This document shows positions 58,528 through 64,000 of a stretch of 64,000 nucleotides of DNA, piece after piece. Position 1 is the stretch's first letter. Every line of letters begins with the position of its first letter. The translations under genes and the position numbers were made by a program. The notes under the pieces are model-generated. The model was given only the letters and a program-made list of their open reading frames with translations. It was not told where the DNA came from and made no database searches. Source of the DNA: Alphaproteobacteria bacterium (GTDB lineage: Bacteria > Pseudomonadota > Alphaproteobacteria > SMXQ01); contig JBJHBM010000001.1 of the NCBI GenBank assembly GCA_050485485.1, positions 41,037-105,036 of the forward strand. The letters are read 5' to 3'.

Positions 58528-59748
58528 TCAGATGACGCCGTTCTCCGCGAGCGTCCTGTACTCCTCGTCGGAGAGGCCGAGGAACTCCCGGAACACGATC
58601 TCGTTGTCCTGGCCGATGGTGGGCGCGGCGGCGGTCACCTCGCCGGGCTGTTCCGACAGGTCGAAGCCGGGGAAATAGTAGGCCTGGTAATCGATTTCGG
58701 GATGCTTGCGCACGCGCCAGGTCTTGCGGTGGGTGAGCTGCGGGTCCTCGAACAGGTCGGCGCAGGTGTTGACCCTGTAAGCGGGGACCTCGGCGGCCTG
58801 CAGCGCGGCCACGGCGTCGTCGGCGTCCCGGGTGCGGGTCCAGGAGGCGACGGCGGCATCGAGCGCGTCGAGGTTGGCGCGGCGCGCCGCGGCGGTAGCG
58901 AAGCGCGCGTTGCGGGTCCATTCGGGGTGCTCCGCGACGCCGGCTAGGCGCGCGAACTCGGCGTCGTCCCAGCACGACAGCGCGATCCAGGCGTCGTCCC
59001 CCCGGCACGGATAGGCGTTGTGGGGCACCGCGACGGGATCGCGGTTGGACTCGCGCTCCAACACCTTGCCGTTGGCGTGATAGTCGTAGAGCGCGCCCGC
59101 GAGGAAGAACGCACCGCACTCGTATTGCGAGACGTCGATGAAGGCGCCCTCGCCGGTGCGCCCGCGCCGGTCGAGGGCGGCAAGGATCAGCGGCGTGCCC
59201 ACCAGGGCGGCGACGAAGTCGATATAAGGCCCGTAGAGGAGTTGCGGGGAGCCGTCGGCCTCGCCGGTGAGCCCGCAGAAGCCGGCCAGCGCCGAAAGCT
59301 GCGAGCCGAACCCGCCGGTGGCCGCGCGCGGGCCCGTCTGGCCCATGTTGCAGGTGGACATGAAGATCAGGTCGGGATTGGTTTTCTTCAGGTCCGCGTG
59401 GCCGAGCCCGATGCGGTCGATCACACCGGGCCGCATGTTCTCGATCAGGATGTCCGCCCAGTCCGCGAGCCGGCGCGCGAGCTCGAGCCCGCCCGGCTTC
59501 TTCACGTCGATGGTGACATCGTACTTGGAATCGTTGAAGTAGGAGAAGCAGCCGGAGCGGTTGATGCCCTTCACGCCGTTGCGGTAGGGCGGGTACTGCA
59601 GCCGGAAGCCGTCGGGGCGGTCGTGGGCCTCGATATGGATCACGGTCGCGCCGTAGTTGGCGAGCAGCTTGCCGATCCAGGGCCCCGCGGCATAGCCGCC
59701 GACCTCGATCACCTTGATGCCCTTGAGTGCCTGGGGAAGTGCCGTCAT
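58528..59748 (-). CDS. Class III (CaiB/BaiF) CoA-transferase subunit with catalytic Asp
   Basis: AGP...LANYGA.VI, ENMRPG, GQTGP, GPYIDF and APTIGQDN. Confidence 0.88.
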   Translation of the reverse strand: MTALPQALKGIKVIEVGGYAAGPWIGKLLANYGATVIHIEAHDRPDGFRLQYPPYRNGVKGINRSGCFSYFNDSKYDVTIDVKKPGGLELARRLADWADILIENMRPGVIDRIGLGHADLKKTNPDLIFMSTCNMGQTGPRAATGGFGSQLSALAGFCGLTGEADGSPQLLYGPYIDFVAALVGTPLILAALDRRGRTGEGAFIDVSQYECGAFFLAGALYDYHANGKVLERESNRDPVAVPHNAYPCRGDDAWIALSCWDDAEFARLAGVAEHPEWTRNARFATAAARRANLDALDAAVASWTRTRDADDAVAALQAAEVPAYRVNTCADLFEDPQLTHRKTWRVRKHPEIDYQAYYFPGFDLSEQPGEVTAAAPTIGQDNEIVFREFLGLSDEEYRTLAENGVI

Positions 59749-60938
59749 GTCTCGCTCGCGGCGCCTTGTTTGACGAGAGCGTCGATCTCGTTCGTCTTGA
59801 AGCCGTAGTCGGTGAGGATCGCGCGCGTCTCCGGCGCGGCGGGGGCGGGGCGCGTCACCGGCAGGCGTTCGCCGTCGGCGACGGCGAAGCCGCCGACGTG
59901 GCGTTCGGTGCCGCCGCCGGGTGCCGGCAGATCCGCCCAGAAGCCGCGCGCCGCGAGCTGCGGATCATGGGCGATGTCGGCGACGTTGTTGACCGGATAG
60001 CCCAGCATCTCGCGCTCGAACGCCTGTTGCAGGAACTCGGCCTTGGTGACGGTCAGGAAGAAGCGGCCGATCGGCGCTTCCATCGCGTCCACCTGGGCCT
60101 GGGTGGTCTGGGTCGAATCGAAGGTCGCCCAGTCGATGTCGGCGAGCGCCCCGAGGTCGGCGCCGGCGTCGCGCATCCAGGCGACCAGCCCTTCGTTGGT
60201 GCGCCGCCCGGCGACGCCGCCGTAGATGATGAAGTTGAGGTGGCCGTCCTTGCACGGCCAGAACACGCGGTAGTTGGCGCCGTGGACCGAGCGGCCCGTC
60301 ATGAAGGCGCCGGCGCGCTTGGCGTTGACGCCGATCATGTCCCAGAACGCGGGCGCGTGGGCGATCGAGGCGATCACCGCGGCCTGGGCCGAGACGTCCA
60401 CGTGCTGGCCGCGGCCGGTGGCGTTGCGCGCGGTGAGCGCCACCAGCGCGCCCACGGCGGCCTGGCTCGCGGCCCAGGGGTGGGACTGGGGCGCGGTGAC
60501 GCGCAGCGGCAGGCCACCGGGCTCGCCCGCGAGCGACATGGCGCCGCCCGCCGCCATCATTTCGATGTCGGAGGCGACCCACTCGGCATGGGGGCCGCTG
60601 CGCCCGAAAGGCGTGACGGAAACGTGGATGAGCTTGGGATTGGCCGCCCTGAGCGCGTCGATGTCGAACAGCGCGGCGCGCGCGCTGCCGGGGCGGGCAG
60701 TCTCGATCAGGAAGTCGGCCGTGGCGGCGAGCCTGAGGAGGGCCGCGCGGCCGGCTTCCGAATCGAGATCGAGAGAGAGAAGGCGCTTGTTGGCGTTGTT
60801 GCCGCGCCAGCCGGGGGCGGATATTTCCGCCCCCGGCGGCTCGACCTTTACGACGTCGCAGCCGAGGTCCGCGAGGAGACGACCCGTGAGCCAACCGAGC
60901 TCATTCGAACAATCGAGCACACGGTATGGCCCTAGCAT
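59745..60938 (-). CDS. Class III CoA-transferase subunit, apparently lacking the catalytic Asp
   Basis: LADLGCDVVKVEPPG, PFGRSGP and TGRGQHVDVS; 4-bp overlap with its partner. Confidence 0.85.
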   Translation of the reverse strand: MLGPYRVLDCSNELGWLTGRLLADLGCDVVKVEPPGAEISAPGWRGNNANKRLLSLDLDSEAGRAALLRLAATADFLIETARPGSARAALFDIDALRAANPKLIHVSVTPFGRSGPHAEWVASDIEMMAAGGAMSLAGEPGGLPLRVTAPQSHPWAASQAAVGALVALTARNATGRGQHVDVSAQAAVIASIAHAPAFWDMIGVNAKRAGAFMTGRSVHGANYRVFWPCKDGHLNFIIYGGVAGRRTNEGLVAWMRDAGADLGALADIDWATFDSTQTTQAQVDAMEAPIGRFFLTVTKAEFLQQAFEREMLGYPVNNVADIAHDPQLAARGFWADLPAPGGGTERHVGGFAVADGERLPVTRPAPAAPETRAILTDYGFKTNEIDALVKQGAASET

Positions 60939-60974
60939 CTACGCGTCTCCCCGCCGCCTGCGACTCCGGCGGAC

Positions 60975-62537
60975 TTAGCGGCCGGTGCGGGCCAGCGACA
61001 GGACCCAGCCCTTCATGCGCGCGCGCATGTTGGCGATCTGGTCCTTCGTGAAGAAGTCCTCCGGCTTCACGCGATGGACCGGGTATACCGGACGGTGGAA
61101 GTCCTGCTCGTAGCCGTAGGGCACGGTGGCGTCGATGCCCATGCCGCCCTCGAACTCGGTATTGGACGCCGTCCACTGCTTGTCGCCGGCGGTCATGCGC
61201 TCGGCGGGCATGAACGTCTGGCCGCGTCCGCCCGGGATCGGGTTCAGGATGTCCGTGCGCGGATTCACGCGGGTGGTGAGGCACCACATGATGTCGTCCA
61301 TGTCGTAGATGTCGGTGTCTTCCGACACGGCGATCACGAGGCGTGCGCCCTGGGAGCACGACAGGATGGCGGTCAGGAAGTTGCGCTGCCAGCCTTCCTC
61401 GATCTTGTTGCGCTTCTTCACCTGGATGATCGCCCCGCCCCAGTCGGTCATGCAGTAGGGGATGTGGACGTTCTGGACGATGCCCGGCTGCAGGCGCTCG
61501 CACAGGTTGAAGATGGCCGATTCACGCGCCGAGGTGTCGATGTTGGCGTCGTCCGCCGTATGCACGCCGAGCGGGAAGATGATCGGCTTCGCCTCCGGCT
61601 TACGCATGGTGATCGCGGTGACGTGGAAGGTCGGCGCGCGATACGCCTTGCCCATGTAGCCGGCCCATTCGGGGTGGAAGAAGTACTTGCCCTGGAGGTT
61701 GGCGTCTTCCGACTCCTTGGTCTCGTAGCGCTTGTCGCGCGGATGGAGGTAGCCCTCCAGGACGTATTCGGCGTCGGCCAGCGTGTAGGCGTCGATGGTG
61801 CGGCACTTCACGATGCGGATCGGCGAGCCCTGGATGGTGCCGGCGATGCCGACCTCGTCGCAGCCCTTCGGCAGGATCGCGTAGTCGAAGCCCGCGCCGG
61901 CCATGAAGGTGCAGGACGGCGGTACGCCGAAGCACATGGTCAGCGGGATCGGCTTGTCGTCGTGGTAGTGCTTGGTCATCACCTGCCACATGTGGGAACC
62001 CGGCGAGATCTGGAACGTGCCGACGTTGCCCCAGCGGAAGTTCATGCGGTTGTAGCCAATGTGGCTGCCGCCCTCGAAGTAGTCGCCGATGATGCAGGAG
62101 ATACCGGAGCCGATGGTGAGCTCGGTCTCCAGCTCGGTATGGCGGATCGCCGTGATCCACTTGTTGACGTCGAGCTGGTCGGTGATGACGTGCTCCTGGA
62201 CCGGCGCCTCGCTCTGCGGAATCTCCTTGAGCGGGGTGGGGTGGTCCATGGCGTAGGCGACCTTCTTGACGCGGTCGAGAGAGTCGCGCCAGCCGAAGAT
62301 CTTCTCGACGACGTTGATGTCGCCGAACAGGTTGGTGACGGCGCGCGCGTGCGGCTTGCCCTTCACCTTGTTGAAGAGAATCGGGCAGCCACCGTCGAAG
62401 TGCTTCTGCAGGCCGGTGATTTCGAGGTCGGGATCGACTTCCTTGTCGGTCTCGATCACGTCGCCCTGCTCCTTGAGCCACTCAAGGGTAGTGCGAAGTT
62501 GAGTGATGTCTTTCTTGACCTTTCCTGCTTCGGGCAT
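60975..62537 (-). CDS. UbiD-family (prFMN) decarboxylase, phthaloyl-CoA-decarboxylase-like
   Basis: EVDPDLEI, TNLFG, AEYVLEG, EDTDIYD..DIMWCLTTR and MGIDATVP; adjacent to a CoA-transferase pair. Confidence 0.82.
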   Translation of the reverse strand: MPEAGKVKKDITQLRTTLEWLKEQGDVIETDKEVDPDLEITGLQKHFDGGCPILFNKVKGKPHARAVTNLFGDINVVEKIFGWRDSLDRVKKVAYAMDHPTPLKEIPQSEAPVQEHVITDQLDVNKWITAIRHTELETELTIGSGISCIIGDYFEGGSHIGYNRMNFRWGNVGTFQISPGSHMWQVMTKHYHDDKPIPLTMCFGVPPSCTFMAGAGFDYAILPKGCDEVGIAGTIQGSPIRIVKCRTIDAYTLADAEYVLEGYLHPRDKRYETKESEDANLQGKYFFHPEWAGYMGKAYRAPTFHVTAITMRKPEAKPIIFPLGVHTADDANIDTSARESAIFNLCERLQPGIVQNVHIPYCMTDWGGAIIQVKKRNKIEEGWQRNFLTAILSCSQGARLVIAVSEDTDIYDMDDIMWCLTTRVNPRTDILNPIPGGRGQTFMPAERMTAGDKQWTASNTEFEGGMGIDATVPYGYEQDFHRPVYPVHRVKPEDFFTKDQIANMRARMKGWVLSLARTGR

Positions 62538-62588
62538 GTCTGTATCTCGATCCAGTTCGTGTTGAGGTTGCGAGGGGTGAAAGTTTCT

Positions 62589-62622
62589 CGGGACGGGCGG
62601 CGCCGCGGCGCCGCCCGTCCCG
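62589..62622. other. Perfect 34-bp palindrome between cupin 7 and the UbiD gene
   Basis: CGGGACGGGCGGCGCCG|CGGCGCCGCCCGTCCCG. Confidence 0.7.
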
Positions 62623-62634
62623 TATCGCTTGCGG

Positions 62635-63831
62635 TCAGGGCAGGGCCTTGGCCAGCTTGGGGTCGTTCTTGTATTTCGATTCGTCGATGAAGCGACCCAT
62701 TTTGGACTTGGCGCCGTGCGTGGCCAGGGCGTCGAGGTAGATCTCGTGGATCTTGGGCTCCTGGTTCTCGTATTCGATCTGGTTGCCGCCCTGCTGGACG
62801 TTGACGTCCATGCCGAGCCACACCTGGCGCTTCTCGGCGAGCGTCGGATAGCGCAGGCTGCCCATGGCGATGGCGAGGTAGCGCGCGGGCTCCGGCGAGG
62901 CGTTGAAGTGCTGGTGGAACATGCCGTCCGGCGGCGCGAACACGACGCCGTGGTCCCAGTCGACCTTCACCAGGTCCTTCTCGATGTCGTACCACAGCAG
63001 CGAATAACCCTGGCCGGTCACGCACATCACATGGAAGTCGGCGCCGTGGCGGTGGCCCTTCTTGTAGGTGCCGACCGGCATTTCCGACATGTGGGCGTGG
63101 ATGGTGCCGTCGGCCAGCGAGAACATGATGTTGGAGCCGCCGGCGCCCCGGTTCTCCCACTTGCGCAGCTCGAAGGTAGAGAGGTCGGGGACGAAGTTGG
63201 TCTCCCACATGTGGCGGCCCGGCATCTTCGGGATCAGCTCGCCGTCGCCCGCGAAGTAGTCGGAATCGCCCTCGCGCTCGGGGAACTTGGCGCCGTTGCG
63301 GAAGACGAAGTCCTCGTTGCGGTAAAGGTTGATGACGAGCGGCAGGTTGTTGCAGGAGTAGAGGCGGGCGCGCTCGGAGCCGGAGCCGTTGAAGTGCTGG
63401 TAGCGGCAGTTGAGCGGCAGGGCGAACAGGCTCTTGGGGCCCCACTCGAAGGTGTGCTTGCGGCCCTCGTAGGTCTCGATCTGGGTCGAGCCGTGGCCGT
63501 CGATGACGTAGAACACCTCCTCGAAGATGTGCTGCTGGGGGGTGGTCTTGCCGCCCGCCGGCACGTCGATCACGTACATGGCGAGGAAGTCGCCGCGGCC
63601 CTTGAGGTGGGCGAAGGCGCCGTTGACGCCCATCCGGGCCCAGGGCTTGGTCTCGACGGTCTTCATGTCGATGCCGAAGTCCTCGACGATCGGGATGCCC
63701 TCGGTCTTGCAGAAGTTCATGTAGGGATCGACCAGGAATTTGTCGTCGGCGAGATCGACGACGGCCTGGTTGATCGAGGCCTCCGCGTTGCGCGAATAGT
63801 TGGGAATCACCGACTGCTGTTCGCTAGCCAT
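62635..63831 (-). CDS. Uncharacterised bicupin, paralog 7 of 7
   Basis: DPYMNF, FEWGP, WETNFVPD, YKKGHRH, FHQHFN, QIEYENQEPKIH. Confidence 0.8.
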   Translation of the reverse strand: MASEQQSVIPNYSRNAEASINQAVVDLADDKFLVDPYMNFCKTEGIPIVEDFGIDMKTVETKPWARMGVNGAFAHLKGRGDFLAMYVIDVPAGGKTTPQQHIFEEVFYVIDGHGSTQIETYEGRKHTFEWGPKSLFALPLNCRYQHFNGSGSERARLYSCNNLPLVINLYRNEDFVFRNGAKFPEREGDSDYFAGDGELIPKMPGRHMWETNFVPDLSTFELRKWENRGAGGSNIMFSLADGTIHAHMSEMPVGTYKKGHRHGADFHVMCVTGQGYSLLWYDIEKDLVKVDWDHGVVFAPPDGMFHQHFNASPEPARYLAIAMGSLRYPTLAEKRQVWLGMDVNVQQGGNQIEYENQEPKIHEIYLDALATHGAKSKMGRFIDESKYKNDPKLAKALP

Positions 63832-64000
63832 GAGCGTGTCTCCTTGGATTTAGAGGCTCGAATGCGTTGCCGTGTCGACGCAGGAAACAGCCGCATGGAT
63901 GGGACATCCGGGCCGCATAAAAAGAAATTCTATGCGCCATGCATCCGCGGTGTCGAGAACCTGCCCCCTGATTTTTGCGATGGGCCCTTTGTTGTTTTTT

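Noticed and set aside
57194-59119. 641-aa ORF suggesting an Oah fusion
   Set aside because: The N-terminal part overlaps the CoA-transferase off-frame and reads through REP elements; the real start is likely 58348.

Overview
GC-rich, probably alphaproteobacterial, 64-kb region devoted almost entirely to aromatic-acid catabolism and uptake. Recognisable blocks: a beta-ketoadipate cluster (pcaHGBC, with pcaF at 45 kb); two gentisate-dioxygenase-like cupins; tripartite tricarboxylate transporter parts (a long TctA and three TctC); a cobalamin-riboswitch-controlled btuB/F/C/D-tonB operon; three tandem MFS paralogs; beta-oxidation genes; badL/badM-like genes divergent from boxC-boxB (boxA is not present); panD; and a UbiD decarboxylase + two class III CoA-transferases + oah block resembling phthaloyl-CoA catabolism. 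The least explained feature is a family of seven paralogous ~375-aa bicupins. Six lie in two triplets, each directly downstream of CADD/PqqC-like diiron genes (three copies in all); one triplet continues into an orphan EutA-like ATPase and a 4,5-dihydroxyphthalate-decarboxylase-like gene. The seventh lies upstream of the UbiD block. I saw no rRNA, tRNA, CRISPR, integrase or transposase. All calls come from motif recognition by eye; no searches were run.
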